DNA of 64,000 nt from Squalus acanthias (GCA_030390025.1 JASTWF010000034.1:2232001-2296000), one strand, 5' to 3'; positions 13,217 through 24,844 are shown, numbered from the stretch's first letter. The notes: generated by a model not told the origin, from the sequence alone. Numbers and translations are program-made.

Positions 13217-13665
13217 GTGTCAGCTGTGGCTCAGTAGGTAGCACACTAGCCTCTCAGTCACAGGTTGTGGGTTGAAGTCCCACTCCAGAGACTTGAGCAC
13301 CATAAATCTAGGCTGACTCTCCAGTGCAGTACTGAGGGAGTGCTGCACTGTTGGAGGTGCCGTCTTTCGGATGAGATATTAACCCGAGGCCCCGTCTGCT
13401 CTCTCAGATGGACGTAAAAGATCCCGTTGCACTAGTTCGATGAAGAGTAGTGAAGTTATCCCTGGTGTCCTGGCCAATAATTATCGCTCAATCAACATAA
13501 CAAAAACTATTAATCTAGTCATTTTCACATTGCTGCTTTTGGGAGCTTGCTGTGCGCTAATTGGCTGCGGTGTTTCTCACATTACAACAGTGATGACACT
13601 GCAAAAGTATTCATTGGCTGTAAAACGCTTCGAGACGTCCGGTGGTCGTGAAAGTCTTTCTTTTT
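13217..13665 (+). mobile_element. tRNA-head SINE with Deu-domain core and L2-like tail (SacSINE1/DeuSINE-like)
   Basis: A-box-like TGGCTCAGTAGG and B-box-like GGTTGAAGTCCC; core GATGAGATATTAACCCGAGGCCCCGTCTGC..GACGTAAAAGATCCC..GTCCTGGCCAA; tail resembles the L2 end at 44540-44600. Family name is from recall, not a search. Confidence 0.8.
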
Positions 13666-13685
13666 CTTTTATCTTAGACCTTACA

Positions 13686-13930
13686 ATAGCAAAATACTGC
13701 GGATGCTGGAAATCTGAAATAACAACAAAAAATGCTGGAAACAGTCAGCAGGTCAGGCAGCATCCGTGGAGAGAGAAACAGAGTTAACGTTTCAGGTCTG
13801 TGACCCTTCGGCAGAACTGGAAAAAGTTAGAGATGTAACAGATTGTAAGCAGGTGTAGGGGCAGGGTAAGGCGGGGGGAGGAATGAACAAAAGAGATGGT
13901 CTGTGATAGGGTGGAAGGCAGGAGAGGTTA
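13686..13930 (-). mobile_element. Penelope-like element terminal-repeat fragment with a minimal hammerhead ribozyme-like motif
   Basis: Reverse complement of 13782-13818 is AGTT-CTGCCGA-AGGGTC-ACA-GACCT-GAAAC-GTTA-ACT; related copies at 18050-18180, 19420-19745 and 21730-21860. Confidence 0.7.
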
Positions 13931-13959
13931 AATGTTGCATAATGGGAATGGCAGAATCA

Positions 13960-14912
13960 TTGGCTGTAAAACTCTTCTATAGGCCACCAACTAGTGGGAA
14001 GGAAATAGAGGAGCAAATTTGCAGGGAAATTGCAGAGAGGTGGAAGAAATATAGAGTGGTAATAATGGGGGACTTCAGTTATCCTAATATAGACTGAGAT
14101 AGTAATCGTATAAAGGGAAGAGAGGGTGAAGAATTTCCTTAGTGAGTTCAAGAGAACTTTCTTGATTGGTGCATTTCTGGCCCAAAGAGGAAGGAGGCAT
14201 TGCTGGATCTGGTTCTGGGGAATGAGGTAGGTGAAGTGGAGAAGATTTCAGCAAGGGGGCATTCAGGGAACGGTGATCGTAGTATCATGAGGTTTATATT
14301 AGCTATGGAAAAGGACGAGGAGCAAGCTAGAGTAAAAATACTTCATTGGGGGAGGGCCAATTTCAGTGGGTTGAGAACGCAGCCGGCTTGGGTAAAAGGA
14401 ATCAAAGATTGGCAGGGAAAACTGTCATTGAACAATGGGCTGCCTTTAAAGAAGAGATGATTCAGGTACAATCGGGGTACATTCCCACGAGGGGGAAAGG
14501 TAGGGCAACCAAAGCCAGAGCTCCCTGGATGATGGAAGAAATAGTGGAAGATAGAGAGTAAGAGGAAGCAGAGAAATGGGGCGTATGACAGATGTCAAGT
14601 TCAGAATACAAGTGAGAACCAGGCTGAATATAGAAAGTTCAGAGAGGAAGTGAAAAAGGAAATAAGAGGGGCAAAGAGAGAGTATTAGAATAGATTGGCA
14701 GCTCACATAAAATGGAATCCAAAAGTCTTCTTTTGGCATATAAATATTAAACGTGCAGTAAGAGGAGGGGTGGGGCTGATTAAGGGCCAAAAAGGAGACA
14801 TACGAATGGAGGCAGAGGGCATGGCTGAGATAGTAAATGAATACTTTGCATCTGTCTTTAGCAAGGAAGAAGCTGCTGCCAAAGTCATAGTGAAAGAGGA
14901 GGTAGTTGAGTA
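13960..14912 (+). mobile_element. CR1 ORF2 endonuclease/linker fragment
   Basis: FYRPPTSG, IMGDFSYPNID, LDLVLGNE, NEYFASVF; frameshifts and stops. Confidence 0.85.
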
Positions 14913-14984
14913 AAGTGTTGTGGTGACAATGGTTCAATGAGTCTGATTGTTCAATGACTGTAATTAATGTCAGTTACAGTGAGG

Positions 14985-15030
14985 CCTAATGATGTCACTC
15001 GGGGATTTCCCTCTGCTCTAAATAAGGAGC
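14985..15030 (+). promoter_or_regulatory. Putative core promoter of the GPCR gene
   Basis: TGATGTCA (CRE/ATF-like) at ~14990, GGGGATTTCC (NF-kB consensus match) at 15001-15010, TATA-like TAAATAA at 15019-15025, about 90 bp upstream of the ATG. Confidence 0.45.
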
Positions 15031-15109
15031 TCCGTTCACTGTGTCACCTCACACAGTCAGCGCGCTACCCCCAGCACAAAGACAACCAGACACTCACAGA
15101 AGGGAAGGC

Positions 15110-15200
15110 ATGGATTGGGGTGAAGTGTTTAGGATATTAGGAATATGTTATGATATACAAAATATGTACTATCCCCCCCTCACTGCTGTCGGCGTTCCTA
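15110..15200 (+). CDS. GPR139/GPR142-like class A GPCR, coding exon 1 (N-terminus and start of TM1)
   Basis: MDWGEVFRILGICYDIQNMYYPPLTAVGVP followed by donor A|GTAAGG at 15201; phase 1 matches the exon 2 acceptor. Confidence 0.8.
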
Positions 15201-15632
15201 GTAAGGATCGATGTCCAGTTATTAATTCAAAATAATGCAGAGGCCCAGAGAAAGAGCTAGGGGCTTGAGCGACGAGGCTTTGGTGGTTCTGGTTGGTGCT
15301 GTGGAACGGCGATGGGCAGTGTTGTTCCCTGTGAGGCACAGGAGGCCATTGCCCCGGGAGTTTAGAAGAGTGTGGAGGGAGGTGGCTCAGCACATCTCCC
15401 CGAGGGGCCTGGTGCCAAGGACACACATCCAATGTCAGAAGAAGTTCAACGAGCTCACTCGGGTGGTCAGTGTGAGTACCTGCTTTTCCAAACCTCTACA
15501 TCTCTCCATCTCAACTTCACTCTGTGCCCAGAGGGTTTACAAACCCAAATGCCCAACACTCATTCAAACCTATGGCCATTTCATAAAACACACATCCACA
15601 TCCCACGCCTTGCACACATTAACCGCTATTCA

Positions 15633-15982
15633 ACAAGATACACTACAGCAACTCACCAAGGCTTCTTCGGCAGCACCTCCCAAACCCGCGACCTCTTCCA
15701 CCTAGAAGGACAAGGGCAGGCGCATGGGAACACCACCGCCTTCAAGCTCCCCTCCAAGTCACACACCATCCTGACTTAGAAGTATATCGCCGATCCTTCA
15801 TCATCGCTGGGTCAAAATCCTGTAACTCCCTACTTAACAGCAATGTGGGAGTACCTTCACCACACGGACTGCAGCGGTTCAAGAAGGCAGCTCACCACCA
15901 CCTTCTCAAGGGCAACTAGGGATGGGCAATAAATGCTAGCCATGCCAGCGAAGCCCACATCCCATAAACGAATAAAAATATA
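15633..15982 (+). mobile_element. LINE 3'-end fragment inserted in the Harbinger Myb intron
   Basis: Shares GGCAGCTCACCACCACCTTCTCAAGGGCAAxTAGGGATGGG..AATAAA with 47975-48480; a more decayed copy lies at 24402-24605. Confidence 0.75.
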
Positions 15983-16418
15983 CTATGGGAGGCACATCTG
16001 CCAAACACATGGCTGCACATAATAACGGCTATTCAGCTGTGGTAGGCACATCTGCCAAACATATGGCTGTGCACAGTAATGGCTATTCAACTAAGAAAGG
16101 CACATCTGCCAATCACATGTCTGCACACAGTAATGGCTATTCAACTATGATAGGCACATCTGCCAAATACATGGCTGCACACATTAATGGCTATTCAACT
16201 ATGATAGGCATATCTGCCAAACACATGGCTGCACACAGTAATGGCTATTCTACTAAGATAGGCACATCTGCCAAACACATGGCTGCACACATTAATGGCT
16301 ATTCAACTATGGGAGGCACCTCTGCCAAACACATGGCTGCACACAGTAATGGCTAGTCAACTATGGGAGGCACCTCTGCCAAACACATGGCTGCACACAG
16401 TAATGGCTATTCAACTAT
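15982..16418 (+). repeat. 54-bp minisatellite, about 8 units
   Basis: Unit GGCACATCTGCCAAACACATGGCTGCACACAGTAATGGCTATTCAACTATGATA. Confidence 0.95.
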
Positions 16419-19417
16419 TTTTGACAGTTTTCCCGCTCATCTCCATGTTGTGAGAACGAGTTTTGTTAGTTCATGAATTGTTGTGTTTGTTTCAATTTGT
16501 TTGTCCTGAATAAATGACACAGAGTTGGTAACAAAACTAATTTTTTTAATTGTTACTTTACATCTTTTCTGATTTGACTCATTGCAGCTTTGTCCAGCAA
16601 TAGGGGGAGCGGGATGCTTTCAATGATGAGCTTCTTCATCACAGAAGCCATCTTCTCAGTAAGGGGTTAGAATCGGTGTCTTATGAGCCGTTCACGGACG
16701 GCCCTTTCAGTGGCAACATTGTGCGCCTCCCTCCGACGTTGGTGCTGCTGATCCTCCTCTTCATCCTCCTGCTACTCATCCTCCTCCTCCTCTCCCTCTT
16801 CCTCCTCCTCCTCAGGGGGGTGGACCAATCCCTGGTGGCAATGGCTGTGTCCTCATGATTGCAATGTTATGAAGCATGCAGCACACAACAATCAAGAGGG
16901 AGACTCGCTCGGGAGAGTATTGCAGGGCTCCTCCTGAGTGATCTAGAAAGCGGAACCGTTGTTTGAAGACGCCGAACGCCTGCTCTATCATGTTCCTGGT
17001 GGCGCTATGGCTCTCATTGTATTGCAGTTCGGCAGGGCTGTTAGGGTTATAGATCGGTGTCATCAGCCAGGTGCAGAGTGGATAACCCTTGTCTCCGAGG
17101 AGCCATCCACTAGGTTGACACGGTGGTTGGAAGATGTGTGCAACACCGGACTGGCGCAGAATAAAAGCATTGTGGCTGCTGCCAGGATAGCGGGCATTAA
17201 CGGCGAGTATGAGCTGTCTGTGGTCACACACCCTCTGGTCGCGTTTGCCACTCTCTCTCTCTCTGTGCCTCTGCTGCCTCCGAAGGTGAAGCTGGACGAT
17301 GACGCCCCAAGTTAGTGCAGCCCCCATCGAAGCTTCTTAATATCGTTAGAAGGAAGGTGAAATAAAAATGAACCTCCAAATTGGTGCTCAGGACCCAAAA
17401 CTCCTTCGGTGAGCGTCGAATCTCTCCAGACGTCTCTCAACCTGCATCTAACAAAAAATTCGCCGACAATAAACGGCAGGAGGCAACCGCCTATAAATAG
17501 CCCTCCCCCAGCCCCTTCCCAACTTGAAAACATTCCCCATCTACGTGTCGTTCCTAGCGGCAGGGGCTGAGGCAGGGCACGCGACTCAATTTTCAGTCCG
17601 GGGCGCTACCAGGGCATTGCACGCTCGACTGATGTCACGATCTGCAGGCGCAGGAGATCGTGGCGGCAGTGTTTAGTGCCAGCGCAAAATGACTGGTTAA
17701 TTTTGTGAGCGGCGCTAAAATAGCAGCGCTCTGGCGCTATGCTCCTATCGCCCCGTTACCCCCCCCCCCCCCCCGAAGGTGCTCAGCGGAGGTGCTAACC
17801 AACCGATTTTCCCCCCATGATTATCTGTGTTTCTCTCTCTGTCATTCCCCATCCCATCCGCGCTGCTGTCAGCTATTGATTCTGAAGGTGATTTGGTGTT
17901 GCCAAGATTCAAATGTTCAACTCAAGTAAATTTATTGGTGGTGACTCTTTATTTAACGAACATCAGTCTGCTACCGACACTGAACATTAGTATCAGATCA
18001 GAAGAATGCGGTCTTGGTTTCGGAGACTTTTCACCTAATGGCGAAAGGCCATCGACCTGAAACGTTAACTCTGTTTCTCTCTCTCTCTCCACAGATGCTG
18101 CCTGACCCGCTGAGTATTTCCACCATTTTCTGTTTTCATTTCAGATTTCCAGTATCCGCAGTATTTTGCTTTTGATTTCACCTAATGCTCGGTATGGATA
18201 CTCACAGAGTCACAGGAACAAATCCTGGCAGATCACATCCACATCTTTAAATGTCTGAAATATCCGCTAATCATTCAGTTCCAGTCAGTGTCTCCTTTCC
18301 CACCCTCTCCAGTTCTGCATTATTGGCACTGCTTCTGATGGTTAAAGTAGGATTACAAGGATAATTTACATTCTCACAAAACGTTCATTCAGCCAGATTT
18401 CAATACATTTCTTTCTGATCATTGTTTTGAATTTACAATTGGACTCCATGCCCGTCTGTCACAGTTCAGTGGATCTGTCAATGAGATCCAGAGTGATTCT
18501 CTATTGCCTCCTGCTGCACTTCAGGATAAACAATCCCAGCTAATTGCAACTGAAGTACTGATGATAAGAAAATCCTTTGATATTTTCTCGTCTAATATTA
18601 TTTTCTGCACAGGTTGGAAACAACAGGTGAAAAAGTACAAGGATAAATCTCTTCCATTTGTGTTCAGATACTTTACAACAGCATTCGGCGGCACTTTGAC
18701 TGTGGGTTAAGTCGTCTGATTTCGATGCTGATAAATGAATTTAGTGGGACATTACCTGGTCAATCATCACTATTTACTTTAATTCAGAGTCCATTATTTG
18801 CAATGTTACTTGGCAAATCTTCCTTTCAATGAGCTAGATTTTGTGTATTTCAACAAAAATGCAGAAAACTCAATCGTCAAAACATATCTGATAGCCCAGA
18901 TATCTTTATAACTGCAGTGCACTTGCATTTATTATCTTAGCATTGTCGTATTACATCCGTACATTTTACATACAATTGCCTGTAATTATTGCATGCCAAG
19001 GTTGCAGTTTCTGTATTTTGCTGTTGCATTCATTTTCAGTTCTAAATAGAATGGATATTCTAACCAAGAGCAGGAATCCAAGCGGGATTTCCCACTCCCT
19101 AACACAGGGGCACAGAAGCGAACTGCACCGCTCCAAATGCTGACTGATCCCGGGACACGAAGTTTTCCTGAGAGGGTCTGGTCCTTTGTGTCCCTGGTAC
19201 CTCGGGCGGTGCTTTTGTCTGCTTGGCTAAATTTAGATCGATCATTTAATCTCTCCTTGATCCAACATCTGTTACTTTCATATTGTATTTATTCCCATTT
19301 AAGTTATTGATTCCATAATGTTTTCCCGATTATTCTTACAATAAGCCCTGTATTCAGCTCTACAGGTAATAGAATTAGATTATATCATTCAATGTGGGTA
19401 ATGAGTTGCAGATTTCA

Positions 19418-19745
19418 CTCTTTTGGTCCGTGCCTTTTTCCTTTTTTTCTCGCTCTCCCCCCACGGCAGCTGTCTCTGATTCTGCCAGCATTTCACACCT
19501 TACCTGTTGTTTCTCAACCTGTCCCATTACCATTTCGTCTTGCCTTGAGCATCTCTCAATGTCTCTACTCACTAAAGACCATCCCTTTTGTTCTTTTATT
19601 CCTCCCCCCAGCCTCCCCCTTGCATTTTTATCTGTTTATTTCTTGCTCTCTCAGTTCCGACGAAGGGTTTCGACCTGAAACGTTAACTCTCTTTCTCTCT
19701 CCACGGATGTTGCCTGGCCTGCTGAGTTTTTCCAGCTTTTTTCTT
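19418..19745 (+). mobile_element. Penelope-like terminal fragment with hammerhead-like motif
   Basis: AGTT-CCGACGA-AGGGTTTCGACCT-GAAAC-GTTAACT at 19653-19688; pyrimidine-rich flank; same family as 13686-13930. Confidence 0.65.
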
Positions 19746-19747
19746 TT

Positions 19748-22700
19748 GTCTGCACACAGTAATGGCTATTCAACTATGAAAGGCACCTCTGCCAAACACA
19801 TGTCTGCACACAGTAATGGCTATTCAACTATGAAATGCACCTCTGCCAAACACATGTCTGCACACAGTAATGGCTATTCAACTATGATAGGCACATCTGC
19901 CAAACACATGTCTGCACACAGTAATGGCTATTCAACTATGAAAGGCATCTCTGCCAAACACATGTCTGCACACAGTAATGGCTATTCAACTATGATAGGC
20001 ACCTCTGCCAAACACATGGCTGCACACAGTAATGGCTAGTCAACTATGGGAGGCACCTCTGCCAAACACATGGCTGCACACAGCAACGGATATTCAACTA
20101 TTTGTTGACAGTTTTCCCGCTCATCTCCATGTTGTGAGAACGAGTTTTGTTAGTTCATGAATTGTTGTGTTTGTTTCAATTTGTTTGTCCTGAATAAATG
20201 ACACAGAGTTGGTTACACAACTAATTTTTTTAATTGCTACTTTACATCTTTTCTGATTTGACTCATTGCAGCTTTGTCCAGCAATAGGGGGTGCGGGATG
20301 CTTTCAATGATGTGCTTCTTCATCACAGATGCCATCTTCTCAGTAAGGGGTTAGAATCGGTGTCTTATGAGCCGTTCACGGACGGCCCTTTCAGTGGCAA
20401 CATTGTGCACCTCCCTCCCACGTTGGTGCTGCTGATCCTCCTCTTCATCCTCCTGCTACTCATCCTCCTCCGCCTCTCCCTCTTGCTCCTCCTCCTCAGG
20501 TGGTGCAACAATCCCTGGTGGCAATGGTTGGGTCCTCATGATTGCAATGTTATAAAGCATGCAGCACACAACAATCAAGAGGGAGACTCGATTGGGAGAG
20601 TATTGCAGGGCTCCTCCTGAGTGATGTAGAAAGCGGAACCGTTGTTTCAAGACGCCGAACGCTTGCATTATGATGTTCCTGGTGGCGCTATGGCTCTCAT
20701 TGTATTGCAGTTCGGCAGGGGTGTTGGGTTATGGATCGGTGTCATCAGCCAGGTGCAGAGTGGATAACCCTTGTCTCCGAGGAGCCATCCACTAGGTTGA
20801 CACGGTGGTTGGAAGATGTGTGCAACACCGGTCTGGCGCAGAATAAAAGCATTGTGGCTGCTGCCAGGATAGCGGGCATTAATGGCGAGTATGGGCTGTC
20901 TGTGGTCACACACCCTCTGGTCACGTTTGCCACTCTCTCTCTCTCTCTGCGCCTCTGCTGCCTCCGAAGGTGAAGCTGGACGATGACGCCCCAAGTTAGT
21001 GCAGCCCACATCGAAGCTTCTTAATATCGTTAGAAGGAAGGTGAAATAAACATAAACCTCCAAATTGGTGCTCAGGACCCAAAACTCCTTTGGTGAGCGT
21101 CGAATCTCTCCAGACGTCTGTCAACCTGCATGTAACAAAAATTTCGCCGACAAGAAACGGCAGGAGGCAGCCGCCTTTAAATAGCGCTCCCCCAGCCCCT
21201 TCCCGAATTGAAAACATTCCCCATCTACGTGTCGTTCCTAGCGGCAGGGGCTAAGGCAGGGCACGCGACTCAATTCTCAGTCCGGGGCGCTACCAGGGCA
21301 TTGCACGCTCGACTGATGTCACGATCTGCAGGCGCAGGAGATCGTGGCGGCAGTGTTTAGTGCCAGCGCAAAATGACTGGTTAATTTTGTGAGCGGCGCT
21401 AAAATAGCCGCGCTCGGGCGCTAAGCTCCTATCGCCCCGTTACCCCTCCCCCCCCGAAGGTGCTCAGGGGAGCCGCAACCCAACCCACTTTTCCCCCCAT
21501 GATTATCTGTGTTTCTCTCTCTGTCGTTCCCCATCCCATCCGCGCTGCTGTCAGCTATTGATTCTGAAGGTGAATTCGTGTTACCAAGATTCAAATGTTC
21601 AACTCAAGTAAATTTATTGGTGGTGACTCTTTATTGAACGAATTTCAGTCTGCTACCGACACTGAACATTTGTATCAGGTCAGAAGAATGCTGTCTTGGT
21701 TTAGGAGACTTTTCATCTAATGGCGAAAGGCCATCGACCTGAAACGTTAACTCTGTCTCTCTCTCTCTCCACAGATGCTGTCTGACCCGCTGAGTATTTC
21801 CATCATTTTCTGTTTTCATTTCAGATTTCCAGTATCCGCAGTATTTTGCTTTTGTTTTCACCTAATGCTCGGTATGGTTACTTACAGAGTCAAAGGAACA
21901 AATCCTGGCAGATCACATCCACATCTTTAAATGTCTGAAGTATCCGCTAATCATTCAGTTCCAGTCAGTGTCTCCTTTCCCACCCTCTCCAGTTCTGCAT
22001 TATTGGCACTGCTTCTGATGGTTAAAGTAGGATTAAACGGATAAATTACATTCTCACAAAACGTTAATTCAGCCAGATTTCAATACATTTCTTTCTGATC
22101 ATTGTTTTGAATTTACAATTGGATCCCATGCCCGTCTGTCACAGTTCAGTGGATCTCTCAGTGAGACCCAGAGTGATTCTCTATTGCCTCCTGCTGTACT
22201 TCAGGATAAACAATCCCAGCTGATTGTAACTGAAGTACTGAGGATAAGAAAATCCTTTGATACCTTCTCGTCTAATATTCTCTGCACAGGTTGGAAACAA
22301 CAGGTGAAAAAGTACAAGGATAAATCTCTTCCATTTGTGTTCAGATACTTTACAACAGCATTTGGCGGCACTTTGCCTGTGGGTTAAGTCGTCTGATTTC
22401 GATGCTGAAAAATGCATTTAGTGGGACATTACCTGGTCAATCATCACTATTTACTTTAATTCAGAGTCCATTATTTGCAATGTTACTTGGCAAATCTTTC
22501 TTTCCAGAAGCTAGAATTTGTGTATTTCAACAAAAATGCAGAAAACTCAATCTTCAAAACATATCTGACAGCCCAGTTATCTTTATAACTGCAGTGCACT
22601 TGTATTTATTATCTTAGCATTGTCGTATTACATCCGTACATTTTACATACAATTGCCTGTGATTATTGCATGCCAAGGTTGCAGTTTCTGTATTTTGCTG

Positions 22701-23095
22701 TTGCATTCATTTTCAGTTCTAAATAGAATGGATATTCTGACCAAGAGCAGGAATCCAAGCGGGATTTCCACCTCCCGAACACAGGGGCACAGAAGCGAAC
22801 TGCACCGCTCCAAATGCTGACTGAACCCGGGACACGAAGGCTTCCTGTGAGGGTCTGGTCCTTTGTGTCCCTGGTACCTCGGGCGGTGCTTTTGTCTGCT
22901 GGGCTAAGTGTAGATCGATCATTTAATCTCTCCTTGATCAAACATCTGTTACTTTCATATTGTATTTATTCCCATTTCATTTATTGATTCCACAATGTAT
23001 TCCCGATTATTCTTACAATAAGCCCTGTATTCAGCTCCACAGGTAAAAGGATTAGATTATATCATTCAATGTCGGTAATGAGTTGCAGATTTCAC
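19748..23095 (+). repeat. Tandem duplicate (offset about 3.68 kb) of ~16050-19417: 54-bp minisatellite, Harbinger half-element (TIR near 21498) and intron DNA
   Basis: Paired ORFs 17312/20996, 18504/22184 and 18943/22620; both copies share the same transposase deletion. Confidence 0.95.
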
Positions 23096-23170
23096 CCCGA
23101 ATTCCCTCAAACTGCTGCTTTTGCTCCCAGCCTGATGACTAATTTCCCTGTTTATTTCCCTTCCACACAG

Positions 23171-24072
23171 TGAACTTAGTGACGATTGGAATCCTGTCTC
23201 GGGGAAAGTGCGGTCTCTCCAAATGCGTCACTCGCTACCTGGTAGCCATGGCAGCGGCGGATCTACTGGTCGTTATCCTCGACCTGATATTGAGGCACAT
23301 TCCGATTGTTTATAGGGAACAGTTTTATTTCGTGTATTCCATCCCCGTGTGTAATATCCACGCCGTCCTGCTGTTCGCAGCCACAGACTGTTCTGTCTGG
23401 TTCACCGTCACTTTCACCTTCGATCGATTTGTGGCCATTTGTTGCCAGAAGCTGAAAACTAAACATTGCACCGAGAAAACGGCGGCTGTGGTTCTGGGAA
23501 CAGTGACTGTGCTGAGCGGTTTAAAGAACATCACCTGGTATTTTATGTTGACAGGTCGGTATGGGTTTGGGAACGGCCCCTGGTTTTGTGAGGCCTCAGA
23601 GGATGTTGCGTATTCATGGGTCTGGGGAACAATCGAGCTGCTTCATTATATTCTCACCCCGTGTGTCCCATTTGTGGTGATTCTGCTGCTCAATGCTGTC
23701 ACCGTTAGACACATTTTAGTGGCCAGCAGAGCCCGCAGGAGACTCCGGGGTCCCAGCAGTGGGGAGAGTCCCAGAGACCCAGAGATGGAGAGCCGCAGGA
23801 AATCCATCATTTTACTGCTTGTTATCTCCGGCAATTTCATCCTGTTATGGGCAGTGTTTATGGTGTTTTCTATATGGACCCGGATGTGGTTTTTGGGGTA
23901 TCTGTCTGTAATTCTACCTCTTTATGTAATGGAACTGGGATTCATGCTGCAGCTGCTGAGTTGCTGCACAAACACTGGGATTTATGCCGTGACCCAGACT
24001 AAGTTCAGAGAGCAGTTGAAGAATGTGGGGAAATATCTCTTTACACTGATTGTAAAATTCATTAAAGGATGA
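23171..24072 (+). CDS. GPR139/GPR142-like class A GPCR, coding exon 2 (TM1-TM7 and C-tail)
   Basis: Acceptor TTTCCCTTCCACACAG|; NLVTIGILSR, YLVAMAAADLLV, FTFDRFVAIC, PFVVILLLN, CCTNTGIY; open to TGA at 24072. Spliced CDS is 993 nt, 330 aa. Confidence 0.9.
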
Positions 24073-24137
24073 GAAGAAACGGAGACTTTGCAGTCCAAGA
24101 TTTGGCAGTTCCCTGGGCCGCATATTGTGGCGTCCCG

Positions 24138-24399
24138 CACAAAGATGGCGGCACCGGGGCGCAGCACAAAGATGGCGGCTCCGCGGCCCCGCACAAAGAT
24201 GGCGGTTCCGGGGCCCCGCAAAAAGATGGCGGATCCGGGGCCCTGTATAAATATGGCGGCTCCGGGGCCCAGCACAAAGATGGCGGCTCTGGGTCCCCGC
24301 CCAAAAATGGCGGCTCCGAGACCCAGCACAAAGATGGCGGCTCTGTTGCCCGGCACAAAGATGGTGGCACTGGGGCCCCGCACAAAGATGACGGCTCTT
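24138..24399 (+). repeat. 27-bp CpG-rich tandem repeat carrying AAGATGGCGGC (YY1 consensus), about 10 units
   Basis: Unit CACAAAGATGGCGGCTCCGGGGCCCCG and variants. Confidence 0.92.
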
Positions 24400-24844
24400 C
24401 AAATATATCGCCGTTCTTTCATCGTCACTAGGTCAAAAGCTTGAAAATCCTTCAGTAACAGTATTGTGGGAGCACCTTCACCACACGGACTGCAGCGGCT
24501 CAATATGAAGGCCCACCACTTTCACATGGGTAACTAGGGATGGGCAAATGATACCAACCTTGACAGCGTCACCCCTAGCCTGAGAACAAACACATCGAAA
24601 TAATAAAATAGGATTAAAATCAATGATTTTACAATTCATTGATTGAAACCAGATGAGGCCTGTGATCAGAGCGGGGCGTCAAGTACGATAAACAAATTGT
24701 CAACACCACTTGGATCTCCAATTCTATCGTTGTATGATTGATACTACTCACACTTTCCCAATTTCCCAATCATTAAAAAAGGTGCTTGATAAAGGATCAC
24801 ATATTACCAACATTGAAGCCCATGGGAATAAAGTGGCAGTGACA

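Larger units (their letters stand above)
15235..17816 (-). mobile_element. Degenerate PIF/Harbinger element (Myb exon 1 on +, internally deleted transposase on -, one surviving TIR) in the GPCR intron
   Basis: Myb/SANT exon at 15235-15471 (WREVAQ..QCQKKFNELTRV, donor GTGAGT); transposase remnant at 17327-16812 (GDKGY, KQRFRFL, CCMLHN); TIR ATTTTCCCCCC ending near 17816. Confidence 0.9.

Noticed and set aside
13217..13295. tRNA gene
   Set aside because: A and B boxes are present, but the sequence runs into a SINE core and tail, and I see no convincing cloverleaf.
16676..16858. Leu-rich signal or transmembrane peptide ORF
   Set aside because: Antisense reading of the transposase's poly-Glu tail.
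23914..24444. Multiple ORFs across the 27-bp repeat (KMAAPGP repeats)
   Set aside because: Artefact of a 27-bp unit that is open in most frames.
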